Shown here piece by piece: positions 10,464-20,788 of a stretch of DNA of 33,481 bases. The DNA comes from an uncultured Candidatus Cloacimonadota bacterium (GTDB taxonomy: Bacteria; Cloacimonadota; Cloacimonadia; Cloacimonadales; TCS61): contig CAZAHZ010000002.1 of NCBI GenBank assembly GCA_964485055.1, positions 1-33,481 of the forward strand. Direction: 5' to 3'. Position 1 is the stretch's first letter. Every line of letters starts with the position of its first letter. The notes beneath the pieces were generated by a model. It saw only the letters and a list, made by a program, of their open reading frames with translations. It was not told where the DNA came from and did no database searches. The position numbers and the translations under genes were made by a program.

Positions 10464-11322
10464 TTTGCTGCAAAGATTTTAACAAAGTATCCATTTCCTC
10501 TTTTGAATTAAAAAAGAAACTTATCCTGCCTTTATTATTATTATTGATAATACTAACTTTCACGGAATAATCTTTATAGAGTTTCGATTCCCATTTTTTT
10601 AAACTTTCTGCTGTTTCTCTGCTATTAATGGATTTCTCAGGGTGGGAAACATTTGCTCTGCTTATCATTTTTCGGGCTGTCTCTTCTGCTGAGCGGACTG
10701 ATAATTGTTTTTTTACAATAATTTCAGCGAATTCCTGCTGCATATCTACTGGAACTTGGAGAATAGCTCTGGCATGACCTGATGAAAGTTTACCTTCCAA
10801 TATCATCATCTGGATATCTTCATTTAGCTTCAATAACCGGATCAGGTTTGAGATCGTTGTTCTGTCCTTACCTACAATTTCACTTATCTGAGAATGGGTA
10901 AGCCCAAATTCCTCGTTGAGACGATGATAAGCTTTGGCTTCTTCAATTGCATTTAAATCTTCTCGCTGAATATTTTCAATAATGGCATATTGTAATTGTT
11001 CCTGAGGTGTAATGCTCCGAATAATAACGGGAATTTCATCTATATTTGCTATTTTAGCCGCTTCCAGGCGACGCTCTCCGGCAACTAATTCATATTGATT
11101 GTCAGTATTCCTTGTCACGATCACAGGCTGTAATATTCCATTAGATTTTATAGATAATGCGAGCTCAGCCAGCTTGTCTGGATCGAATACTTTGCGCGGT
11201 TGATAGCGGTTTGGGATAATACTGCTTATTTTTAAGGTCGTTATCCCTATTGTTCTGTCTGTGGATTCCGGTCCATTAGAGAATAACGCATCTAATCCTT
11301 TTCCTAAGCTTTCTCTTGACAT
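10453..11322 (-). CDS. parB: Chromosome partitioning protein ParB (Spo0J)
   Basis: 289 aa. It contains GLDALF, IIPNRYQPRKVFD, GILQPVIVT, YELVAGERRLEAAK and an HTH motif (LTHSQISEIVGKDRTTISNLIRL). Confidence 0.93.
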   Translation of the reverse strand: MSRESLGKGLDALFSNGPESTDRTIGITTLKISSIIPNRYQPRKVFDPDKLAELALSIKSNGILQPVIVTRNTDNQYELVAGERRLEAAKIANIDEIPVIIRSITPQEQLQYAIIENIQREDLNAIEEAKAYHRLNEEFGLTHSQISEIVGKDRTTISNLIRLLKLNEDIQMMILEGKLSSGHARAILQVPVDMQQEFAEIIVKKQLSVRSAEETARKMISRANVSHPEKSINSRETAESLKKWESKLYKDYSVKVSIINNNNKGRISFFFNSKEEMDTLLKSLQQNEK

Positions 11323-12074
11323 CTTTTCACCACTTCCTTTGCTAAATCTAAATATCCTTTTGATCCTGTTGAGGTTATATCATAGTGAAATATTGATTTT
11401 CCAAAACTTGGGCTTTCTGATAGTTTCACGCTGCGGTGAATTACAGTATCAAATACTTTGTTCTGAAAATATCTCCTTACTTCCCGCGCCACCTGACGTG
11501 ATAAATTCAGGCGCCTGTCAAACATTGTCAATAATATCCCTAAAATATTCAGCGATGGATTTAATGATTTGCGAACCATGTTTATTGTAGTCATCAACTG
11601 AGCAACACCTTCCAAAGCATAATATTCACATTGAATGGGCACTATCACCTCATTACAGGCAGTTAGAGCATTCACAGTTAATAAACTCAAAGATGGGGGA
11701 CAGTCAATAATAATGAATTCATACTTATCATTGATCGGCTCAAGAGCCGATTTCATCTTGCTCTCTCGCAAAAATTCTCGCACCAGTTCAATTTCTGCCC
11801 CGGAAAGATCAACACTTGCAGGTACAACATAAAGATCTTTTAGTGCTTCATAATCACAGGTAACTTCATCAATTGTCTTTTTACCAATTATTGCATCATA
11901 GATATTTGCCTGTTTTTTATCTATATCTAACCCGCTACTGCTGTTTCCCTGAGGATCAAAATCAATCAATAGAGTTTTCTTTTCAAATATTGCCAGTGCT
12001 GCTGACAAGTTAATTGCAGTAGTTGTTTTACCTACCCCGCCCTTCTGATTCACTATCGCTATTATTTTTGCCAT
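11304..12074 (-). CDS. parA: Chromosome partitioning ATPase ParA (Soj)
   Basis: 256 aa. The deviant Walker A NQKGGVGKTTTAINL is present, along with the conserved motifs IDFDPQGN and IIIDCPPSL. Confidence 0.93.
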   Translation of the reverse strand: MAKIIAIVNQKGGVGKTTTAINLSAALAIFEKKTLLIDFDPQGNSSSGLDIDKKQANIYDAIIGKKTIDEVTCDYEALKDLYVVPASVDLSGAEIELVREFLRESKMKSALEPINDKYEFIIIDCPPSLSLLTVNALTACNEVIVPIQCEYYALEGVAQLMTTINMVRKSLNPSLNILGILLTMFDRRLNLSRQVAREVRRYFQNKVFDTVIHRSVKLSESPSFGKSIFHYDITSTGSKGYLDLAKEVVKRCQEKA

Positions 12075-12082
12075 ATACTCTT

Positions 12083-12721
12083 TTATGTTCCACGTGGAAC
12101 ATCTTCCTTTCTCAATTCTACCAATGTCCGAGTACCTATTAACTCGTGTGAAATATCATGTTTCAGCGTTCCGGTCATTATTTCCATATCAACCAGTTTC
12201 TTCGCTTTATATAAATAAATTACCCCCGATCTATTACTAAGATCACAGAGGTTTTGCCAGTATTTTTCTTCTATCTTAACAGAGCGGCTTACTACTACAT
12301 CAAAATAACTATGCCAACTCTTATCCAAGAACTCCACCCGCGAACAAATTGCCAGGCAATCTTGCAGGTCAAGTTTTTTTATTATCTTTTTTAGAGCCTC
12401 CACTTTTCGCTGCTTTGAATCGAGTAAATACATATAACATCCCGGATAAACTATTTTCAGAGGAATTCCCGGCAATCCACCTCCTGTTCCGAAATCAAGT
12501 ACTGTCTTTCCTGTAAGTTCCATCTTCCCCAATGGTAGAAGGCTATCCAAAATATGATTTAACCAAATGTCTTCTTTCTCTACCCGGCGTGAGATTAAAT
12601 TTACCGTTTTATTTTCTTCCATCAGCAGATCTACATACTTAATTAATATCTGCATCTTTTGTATAATTTTATTTATTCTTTTTTCTTCCAGAAATCCTGA
12701 AACTATTTCCCTTCCTTTCAT
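12083..12721 (-). CDS. rsmG: 16S rRNA (guanine527-N7)-methyltransferase RsmG (GidB)
   Basis: 212 aa. SAM-binding motif VLDFGTGGGLPGIPLKI is present, along with the conserved NLIS.....IW..HILDSL block. The rsmG-parA-parB order is conserved synteny. Confidence 0.9.
   Translation of the reverse strand: MKGREIVSGFLEEKRINKIIQKMQILIKYVDLLMEENKTVNLISRRVEKEDIWLNHILDSLLPLGKMELTGKTVLDFGTGGGLPGIPLKIVYPGCYMYLLDSKQRKVEALKKIIKKLDLQDCLAICSRVEFLDKSWHSYFDVVVSRSVKIEEKYWQNLCDLSNRSGVIYLYKAKKLVDMEIMTGTLKHDISHELIGTRTLVELRKEDVPRGT
12086..12101. promoter_or_regulatory. parS: parS site, a perfect 16-bp palindrome TGTTCCACGTGGAACA
   Basis: Read directly. It lies 12 nt upstream of the parA start codon and inside the last codons of rsmG, where it encodes ...VPRGT*. 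It is a known parS variant, with C/G at the symmetric positions of TGTTtCACGTGaAACA. Confidence 0.8.
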
Positions 12722-12949
12722 TGTTTCTCCTAAAGCAATTGTTATCGCTATCCCCGTAATGTCAAGCTTGCTAATTGTTAAATCTTTACCAAAGTGAATA
12801 ATCCTTCATATTTTTTCTCCATTAATCTATATTATTATCTGCCAAAATATCTTTTATATTGACTATATTACAATTTTCGTAATTTTTGCTATGGGTGATG
12901 TTGTGAAGTGTGAGTACAGAAAAGAGTTATTAGTAAAAAAGGGCAGAAA

Positions 12950-14587
12950 ATGACGCATATAGCTCATAATTTTGAGAAACTTCCTATAGACGTCCTTTTC
13001 GTTGAAGACGAAAAGTTGATGCGGAATTCTATTGCGGAAATTATGAGGAGACGTGTTAATAAAGTCTTTGTAGCTGATAATGGTCAAATGGGTTTGGAAC
13101 TATACAAATTGCATCACCCACAAGTAATTTTAACTGATATTCGCATGCCTGTAATGACAGGTTTAGAAATGTTGCAGGAAATCAGGAAAGAAGATGATAA
13201 TACAAAAGTGATTATCATCTCTGCCCATAGTGATACTGAATATTTTCAGAAAGCTATTAATTTGGGAGTTGATGGTTTTCTTCTTAAGCCTGTTAATGTT
13301 GAAATGGTTATCAAGCAGGTTATCAAAGTCACACGCCAGCTTGTATATCAACAGAAAGCTCTCGAATTTGAAGATAAACTACGCAATTTGAATGATCTGA
13401 TCTTTCAAAATAAGACCAGGGCTGCTTATATGCAGGCTTCCATGGCTCCATCCTGGCTGATTTCTGAAAAGAAAATCTTTTTCTCTTCCAATTATATCGT
13501 TAATGAAACCACTCCCAGTGGAGATTTCTTTGATATAATACCTATTTCCGAAACCAGATATATCACTTATCTTGGTCATTTCCCTCATCACGATATCAAG
13601 GGAACTCTCTTTATGCTGACCATTAAGATGACACTAGATACTATTATAAAAAATGAATTCGAACATGCTTCTCCAGGGATTATCCTTGATCGCTTAGTAA
13701 GCATAGTGGGTTCGCAGAATATTTCTGATAACATCGAATTACTTATTTGTCTGATAGACTCGGATTTCGAGTTTGTTCGCTATGCCAAAATCGGCTCTGT
13801 AAACATTCTCCAATATGACACTGAAAAACGAGATTTTTGCACGCTTGCTAAATCAGAAAGTTCACTCTCTACAGACGAGACTGATATTCACAGAAGCTCT
13901 TTTCAGGAATCTGAGTTTTCTTTTAATGAAGATAAATTAACTTTTATCTTTTCCCGTAATCTGAAAAATTATCATAAAAACGGAGATATCATGGGAATCG
14001 ATGGAATAAAGAGCATTCTTATAGGGATCAAAGATACTAATTCCTTCCTTATTCCATATAAGTTCAGGCATGATCTGATCAATCAGGGCTATAAATTCAC
14101 GACCTCAGATTTTTCTTTCCTGCTTTTTAGAACCAATAACCTCATTCAGAATTATGATAATCGTATTCTGGTCACTTTCAAATCTGTTCTTACTAATACC
14201 GGTCGCATCCGAAAAGATTGCGAGAAATTTGTCTTGAAAAAAACTGATCTCGATGAACTTGCCTTTCAAGTTGAATTGGTGATTGCTGAATTACTCACTA
14301 ATGTAATCATCCATGGACTAAAGAATAAACCGGATACTATGGTCGTGCTGTCTTTGGAAATTTTTGACCAAGCCGTCATTAGTGTCTGGGATAAAGGTAT
14401 TGAATGGATTTTACCTGACTTAAAGAAAGAAGAAGCTTTTAACTTCGTTGAAAATGATGCCACTTCTGGACGCGGTCTTCCTATTATTGTCAGCCTTTCT
14501 GATAAAATTGATCGCCGTAGAATTGATAATATCAACCAAACTATAATTTATTTCAATATTGTTCCTGATAAGGAGAGCTTATGCTAA
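12950..14587 (+). CDS. Multidomain partner-switching regulator: a REC receiver, a PP2C/SpoIIE-like domain that may be degenerate, and an RsbW/SpoIIAB-like serine kinase (HATPase_c)
   Basis: REC covers about aa 13-128: acidic pocket VEDE, phospho-acceptor D63 in ILTDIRMP, S91, and K113 in LLKP. The middle domain contains PSGDFFD (compare GGDFYD of SpoIIE-type phosphatases), followed by LGHFPHHDIKG in place of GDVSGHG. The C-terminal domain has the N-box ELLTNVIIHG, VWDKG (G1) and SGRGLPII (G2), as in anti-sigma-factor kinases. Confidence 0.75.
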   Translation: MTHIAHNFEKLPIDVLFVEDEKLMRNSIAEIMRRRVNKVFVADNGQMGLELYKLHHPQVILTDIRMPVMTGLEMLQEIRKEDDNTKVIIISAHSDTEYFQKAINLGVDGFLLKPVNVEMVIKQVIKVTRQLVYQQKALEFEDKLRNLNDLIFQNKTRAAYMQASMAPSWLISEKKIFFSSNYIVNETTPSGDFFDIIPISETRYITYLGHFPHHDIKGTLFMLTIKMTLDTIIKNEFEHASPGIILDRLVSIVGSQNISDNIELLICLIDSDFEFVRYAKIGSVNILQYDTEKRDFCTLAKSESSLSTDETDIHRSSFQESEFSFNEDKLTFIFSRNLKNYHKNGDIMGIDGIKSILIGIKDTNSFLIPYKFRHDLINQGYKFTTSDFSFLLFRTNNLIQNYDNRILVTFKSVLTNTGRIRKDCEKFVLKKTDLDELAFQVELVIAELLTNVIIHGLKNKPDTMVVLSLEIFDQAVISVWDKGIEWILPDLKKEEAFNFVENDATSGRGLPIIVSLSDKIDRRRIDNINQTIIYFNIVPDKESLC

Positions 14588-14934
14588 ATATTACCTTCAA
14601 CCTACATGAAGACATCGGAATTGTTAAAATTAGCGGTGAACTTGATGCTTCTAATTCTAAAGATCTTAGAAAAGCCTTTGATGACTACTTTTTGAGAACT
14701 TCCAAATTTATTCTGGATTTCTCTGAACTCCAATTTATGGATAGTACGGGACTTGGCACTATTATTAGAATTTACAAACATACAGAACTTAAGAATGGTT
14801 ATCTCTGTATTGCCAATCCCAAAAATAAAGCTGCCCGGGTACTCAAAATGACCCAGGCTCATAAAGTTATTAATATCTATGACACTCTTGATGAGGCTTT
14901 GTTAAGTATGACAGGCTCTTCGGAAAACGAATGA
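14581..14934 (+). CDS. STAS-domain anti-sigma-factor antagonist (RsbV/SpoIIAA-like)
   Basis: 117 aa. It carries LQFMDSTGLGTII, the conserved DS(S/T)GLG phosphorylation loop. Its start overlaps the stop of the upstream kinase-fusion gene by 7 nt. Confidence 0.85.
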   Translation: MLNITFNLHEDIGIVKISGELDASNSKDLRKAFDDYFLRTSKFILDFSELQFMDSTGLGTIIRIYKHTELKNGYLCIANPKNKAARVLKMTQAHKVINIYDTLDEALLSMTGSSENE

Positions 14935-15003
14935 TCTGCTGGTCATTATGCTTTTCCGAAAGCCTTGCTTTTATTCATATCTAGATGTTATTTTATTCTT
15001 TGC

Positions 15004-15741
15004 TTAGTAATAATTTCTATCGCTATATAAATTTATTCCCGCTAATTGTGAAATCGCTGAGATCGCTGCCGTCTCTGCTCTTAAAATATGATTACCCAGA
15101 GAAAATGTTGCTATTTGTTCTTCTTTAAAAAATTCTATTTCTGATTTCGTAAAACCACCTTCTGGCCCTATTATTATTCCCATTGATCTATCAGGATTAA
15201 GTCTTTTTAGTTCCAGTAAATTAAGAGTATTCTCTGTTTCCAGAGCCACCACTGGTAAATAGCCATCCTCTTTCATTCTCGATGGTATTTCCCGGAGATT
15301 ATCACATTCGTTAACTTCTGGCAACCAGGCATTGTTGCATTGTTTGATAGCCGATATTGCTACCTTTTGTAATTTGCTTATAAGATTATCTGAACTTCGA
15401 CGGACTGTTCTTTCCGTCTCCAGTGGGTAAAACGATGAGCAACCCAGTTCTGTTACTTTCTCTATGATCATATTATCGTGTTTGTTTTTTAGTAAGGCAA
15501 ATCCCAAAGCCATTTGCGGTGTGCTTCTCTTGTAGTATTCCTTTGATTTGATCTCGATTATCATCATTTTGCGATCTATTTCCAGTATCAGACATTTCGC
15601 CAGTATTCCCGTCCCACTGGTTACCATTATCTCTTCGCCTTCCCGCTTACGCACTACCTGGCTAAGGTGGTGAAATTCTTCTCCTTGAATAACAAAAGTT
15701 TTTTCCTTACTGTCAATTTCCGGAAGATAGCAGCACGGCAT
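15004..15741 (-). CDS. rsmE: 16S rRNA (uracil1498-N3)-methyltransferase RsmE
   Basis: 245 aa. It has a PUA-like N-terminus (EEFHHLSQVVRKREGEEI) and the C-terminal SPOUT motifs IIIGPEGGFTKSEIEF and SLGNHILRAETAAISAIS. Its position downstream of dnaJ matches Firmicutes-type dnaK operons. Confidence 0.88.
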   Translation of the reverse strand: MPCCYLPEIDSKEKTFVIQGEEFHHLSQVVRKREGEEIMVTSGTGILAKCLILEIDRKMMIIEIKSKEYYKRSTPQMALGFALLKNKHDNMIIEKVTELGCSSFYPLETERTVRRSSDNLISKLQKVAISAIKQCNNAWLPEVNECDNLREIPSRMKEDGYLPVVALETENTLNLLELKRLNPDRSMGIIIGPEGGFTKSEIEFFKEEQIATFSLGNHILRAETAAISAISQLAGINLYSDRNYY

Positions 15742-15762
15742 TTATATTTCCTCTAATGATCA

Positions 15763-16917
15763 TTAATCAAATAAATGCTTGAATTTGGCAAAGAAACTCT
15801 TCTTCGGCTCATAAGTCCTGCTCTTGTCCAATTCCAGTAGCTTTTCATAAAGAGATTTCTCTTCTGAAGATATCTTCGTGGGGATCATTACTACTATCTG
15901 GGCAAATAAATCGCCTGTATATCCGCTGTTCAGGTAGGGCAGACCCTGTCCTCTTATTCTGAATATCTTTCCCGACTGTGTTCCGGCTGGAACTTTCATT
16001 TTTACTTTCCCACTCAAGGTTGGCACTTTGATATCACAGCCAAGAACTGCCTGTGATATGCTGATGGGAAAGTTTATGCGAAGATTACTTTCCTCACGCT
16101 CGAATACAGGATGTTCCTTTTCCTTGATATGCACCAGGATATCTCCGTTTTCTCCATCATGTTTACCTTTGTTACCCGTTCCGCGTAATCTGATATACTG
16201 ACCTTCTGCTACTCCTGGCGGAATATCCACCTCTACTGTCTTCATTTTACTCACGCGACCGTCTCCATGGCATAGACGGCATTTATTCTCGATCACTTGA
16301 CCTTCGCCATTACAGGTTGGACACCGCACAACGGTCTGCATGTGACCAAACATTGATCTGGTTGTCTGCATCACCTGACCTGAGCCGTGGCACTGGGGAC
16401 AAGTTTTTGAATTACCATCAGCAGAGCCTGTTCCGTTACAACTTTCACAGGTATCCTTGATATTGATCTTCAGCTTCTTTTTCACACCTTTGGCTATCTC
16501 TTCCAGGGTCAGCGAAAGCGATAATTGTAAATCCTCTCCCTTATTACGGCGTGTTCCTCCCCTTCCTCGACCCATACCACCACCAAATAATCTCTCAAAT
16601 ATCCCACCTAATCCGTCTCCACCAAATATGTCTTCTATATCACTGAAATGCGAAAAATTTCCCCATTCAAAACCACTGCCTCCAAAAGTACCTTCCAGCC
16701 CGGCATGCCCAAATTTATCATATTTTGCCCGTTTATCGGCATCACTTAACACTTCATAAGCTTCCGAAGCTTCTTTAAATCTTCTCTCAGCTTCTTTATC
16801 TCCTGGATTTTTATCCGGATGAAATTTCATTGCCAGTTTGCGATATGATTTCTTGATCTCACTTGCGTCCGCTGTTTTATTTACTTCCAATATTTCATAA
16901 TAATCTCTTTTTTCCAT
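15763..16917 (-). CDS. dnaJ: Molecular chaperone DnaJ
   Basis: The J domain contains HPD ([10 protein letters not shown]). A G/F-rich region follows. There are four CxxCxGxG zinc-finger repeats: [24 protein letters not shown] and CRLCHGDG. Confidence 0.97.
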   Translation of the reverse strand: MEKRDYYEILEVNKTADASEIKKSYRKLAMKFHPDKNPGDKEAERRFKEASEAYEVLSDADKRAKYDKFGHAGLEGTFGGSGFEWGNFSHFSDIEDIFGGDGLGGIFERLFGGGMGRGRGGTRRNKGEDLQLSLSLTLEEIAKGVKKKLKINIKDTCESCNGTGSADGNSKTCPQCHGSGQVMQTTRSMFGHMQTVVRCPTCNGEGQVIENKCRLCHGDGRVSKMKTVEVDIPPGVAEGQYIRLRGTGNKGKHDGENGDILVHIKEKEHPVFEREESNLRINFPISISQAVLGCDIKVPTLSGKVKMKVPAGTQSGKIFRIRGQGLPYLNSGYTGDLFAQIVVMIPTKISSEEKSLYEKLLELDKSRTYEPKKSFFAKFKHLFD

Positions 16918-17003
16918 TATTTTTACCTTTCAGATTTTTCTTATACTTCATGTTGATATCCCCTGTTACCAGCTCCGTGAATATCAGCATGAAATATTAG
17001 AAG

Positions 17004-17037
17004 TAATGGCAATGTATCCGCAGACACATTGCCATTA
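17004..17037 (-). terminator. Intercistronic stem-loop between dnaK and dnaJ (12-bp perfect stem, 10-nt loop); a possible attenuator or mRNA-stability element
   Basis: TAATGGCAATGT (17004-17015) pairs perfectly with ACATTGCCATTA (17026-17037). It begins 13 nt after the dnaK stop on the transcribed strand. No clear U-tract follows, so it is not a classical strong intrinsic terminator. Confidence 0.45.
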
Positions 17038-17049
17038 TCTATTCGTTAC

Positions 17050-19032
<1,983 letters not shown>

Positions 19033-19638
19033 CTATTTTTTTCTTTTTTGTTTTGCTGTTTTTGTTTCGGCAGCTTTCACTGGCTTTTCTCCGTTCGATA
19101 CCGCTACTCGCGCTGCTCTGATCACTTTACCATTCATCAAATACCCATTCTGGATTGTTGCAATTATCTTATTCTCCTTCAGGGTTGAGGGTATATGCGC
19201 CAAAGCTTCATGAAATTCAGGATCAAATTCCTTGCCATCCGTTTCTATTTTCTCCACTCCCTCACGCTTTAGTATATTAGCTATCTGTTTCTGGATCATC
19301 TTAATCCCTTTTTGATAGTGTTCCGTATCTCCTGTTGTCTGTACCGAGTCCAGCGCCCGCTCAAAATTATCGGTTACTTCACACAGCTCCAATATCAACC
19401 GCTGATTGGCATTCTTGATCCACGTCATTTTCTCGATTGCACTTCTCCGCCGGAAATTGTCAAATTCCGCTACCGCTCGCAACCATTTATCCTTTAATTC
19501 TGCTTTCTCTTCTTCCAGGCTGAGTATTTTTGCTTCCAAAGATATTTTACCGTTGTCCGATTTTTCACTTTCTTCCACTAACTCTTCTTCAGGGATTTCT
19601 CTTTCCTGATCTGTATCTGGCTTGAAATTATCTTCCAT
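19033..19638 (-). CDS. grpE: Nucleotide exchange factor GrpE
   Basis: 201 aa. It has an acidic N-terminus, a coiled coil, RAVAEFDNFRRR and FDPEFHEA.......GYLMNGKVIRAARVAV. It lies between hrcA and dnaK. Confidence 0.93.
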   Translation of the reverse strand: MEDNFKPDTDQEREIPEEELVEESEKSDNGKISLEAKILSLEEEKAELKDKWLRAVAEFDNFRRRSAIEKMTWIKNANQRLILELCEVTDNFERALDSVQTTGDTEHYQKGIKMIQKQIANILKREGVEKIETDGKEFDPEFHEALAHIPSTLKENKIIATIQNGYLMNGKVIRAARVAVSNGEKPVKAAETKTAKQKRKK

Positions 19639-20683
19639 CTTTCTTTACCATCATTCCCTTTTTCGTTGTTTCTGTTATCGTTCTGGCAAAGTCTCTTACC
19701 AGTGGTATATTCTTTGTATAATTCATCCGGACTGGCCCCACCACGCCTAAATAACCCGGTACTCCGTAAATCTCGTATCGGGCATATACCATCGCATATT
19801 CGACTAATTCCGGACGTATCAATTCCTCTCCCATCAAAACTGAGCATTCATGTTCCTGCTCATGACGCCTCATCAGGTTGATCAAACTATCCTGTCGCTG
19901 AATGAAACTTAAAAAACTTAATATGGATTGACGATCATCAAACTCCGGCTGCTCCAGAAAATTTACACTGCCATCAAAATGGATATAATAACTCGATATC
20001 TGGCTTAATGCATGATGAAGTCCTTTTAAAAAATTCTTAAATAACGCACTCTCTCTCCCTATCTTATTCTGTATCTCCTGAAGATATTTATTCTGGATGT
20101 CATATATCCGTAAGCCACCTAATTCCTCATTGATATGACGAACTATGGTCTGCAACTGCCTCTGATTTATCTCCTGGTCTGTCTGTAGGATCACTGTCTT
20201 GTCCAATCCGGAATCAAGGCTTACCACAAATAATAATTTGCCCTGTGATATCTGGAATACTTCCAGCTTTTCAAGATAACCATAAGATACCTGAGGCTCT
20301 GCCACAAACGACAACTGATCTGTCTCCTTTGCCAATATCTGCATTATATAATGCAATGCCATCGGAGTATCTCGGTAATACTGGATCAGCAGATTGCGCA
20401 ATAACTCATTTTCTGAATATTCCTGATCCCTGATTTCCGGTCCTATCATCGCCAGATATTCCCGATAACCCTTGATCGTCGGTATCCGTCCCGCTGAGGT
20501 ATGGGGCTGATAGATCATGTTGCTCTTTTCAAGTTTATTTAAATCTATCCGGATCGTCGCTGATGAACATTCCGGTAAATATCGGCTGCATATCACCTTC
20601 GACGACACTGCCTCTCGCTGCTCGATATATTCTTCTACCAGATAACGCAGCACTTCTTTTCGCCTCAGATCATTCTTCTTCAT
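19628..20683 (-). CDS. hrcA: Heat-inducible transcription repressor HrcA
   Basis: 351 aa. It has a wHTH N-terminus and the diagnostic PHTSAGRIPTIKGYREY motif. It is the first gene of the hrcA-grpE-dnaK-dnaJ cluster. Confidence 0.92.
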   Translation of the reverse strand: MKKNDLRRKEVLRYLVEEYIEQREAVSSKVICSRYLPECSSATIRIDLNKLEKSNMIYQPHTSAGRIPTIKGYREYLAMIGPEIRDQEYSENELLRNLLIQYYRDTPMALHYIMQILAKETDQLSFVAEPQVSYGYLEKLEVFQISQGKLLFVVSLDSGLDKTVILQTDQEINQRQLQTIVRHINEELGGLRIYDIQNKYLQEIQNKIGRESALFKNFLKGLHHALSQISSYYIHFDGSVNFLEQPEFDDRQSILSFLSFIQRQDSLINLMRRHEQEHECSVLMGEELIRPELVEYAMVYARYEIYGVPGYLGVVGPVRMNYTKNIPLVRDFARTITETTKKGMMVKKDGR

Positions 20684-20703
20684 CTAATCCTTATTCCTTT
20701 TTA

Positions 20704-20730
20704 TTAGCACTCTTTTACTCTCCCTGCTAA
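20704..20730. promoter_or_regulatory. CIRCE-like HrcA operator, proximal to hrcA (TTAGCACTC-N9-CCCTGCTAA)
   Basis: The consensus is TTAGCACTC-N9-GAGTGCTAA. One arm is perfect and the other matches 6/9. The element lies 21-47 nt upstream of the hrcA ATG. Confidence 0.6.
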
Positions 20731-20761
20731 TTCTTGCGCCATCTAATTTATTGCAGAAAAG

Positions 20762-20788
20762 TTGTCAATCTAAAAAATAGAGTGCTAA
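20762..20788. promoter_or_regulatory. Second CIRCE-like element, distal (TTGTCAATC-N9-GAGTGCTAA)
   Basis: One arm is perfect and the other matches 6/9, with the correct 9-nt spacer. On the hrcA-sense strand the degenerate arm reads GATTGACAA and contains TTGACA, which could be a -35 box. Confidence 0.45.

Noticed and set aside
12722-12949. Possible oriC in the AT-rich divergent spacer next to rsmG-parAB
   Set aside because: I found only one near-match to a DnaA box (AGTGAATAA at 12793-12801, 8/9 to TGTGNATAA). There is no cluster of boxes, no obvious 13-mer DUE repeats and no adjacent dnaA. This is not enough to call an origin.
14935-15003. A possible bidirectional terminator in the convergent STAS / rsmE spacer (GCTTT-tccg-AAAGC at about 14950-14963)
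   Set aside because: The stem is only 5 bp with weak flanking T-runs. That is too weak to report as a feature.
16457-16759. A 100-aa proline-rich plus-strand ORF, and similar antisense ORFs within dnaK, atpA, atpD, ftsK and dxs (for example 18002-18358, 4571-4762, 2698-2925, 30482-30820 and 25175-25474)
   Set aside because: All are embedded antisense or out of frame in strongly supported conserved genes. The Pro-rich one is simply the reverse complement of the dnaJ Gly/Phe-rich region. None has a motif or an RBS.
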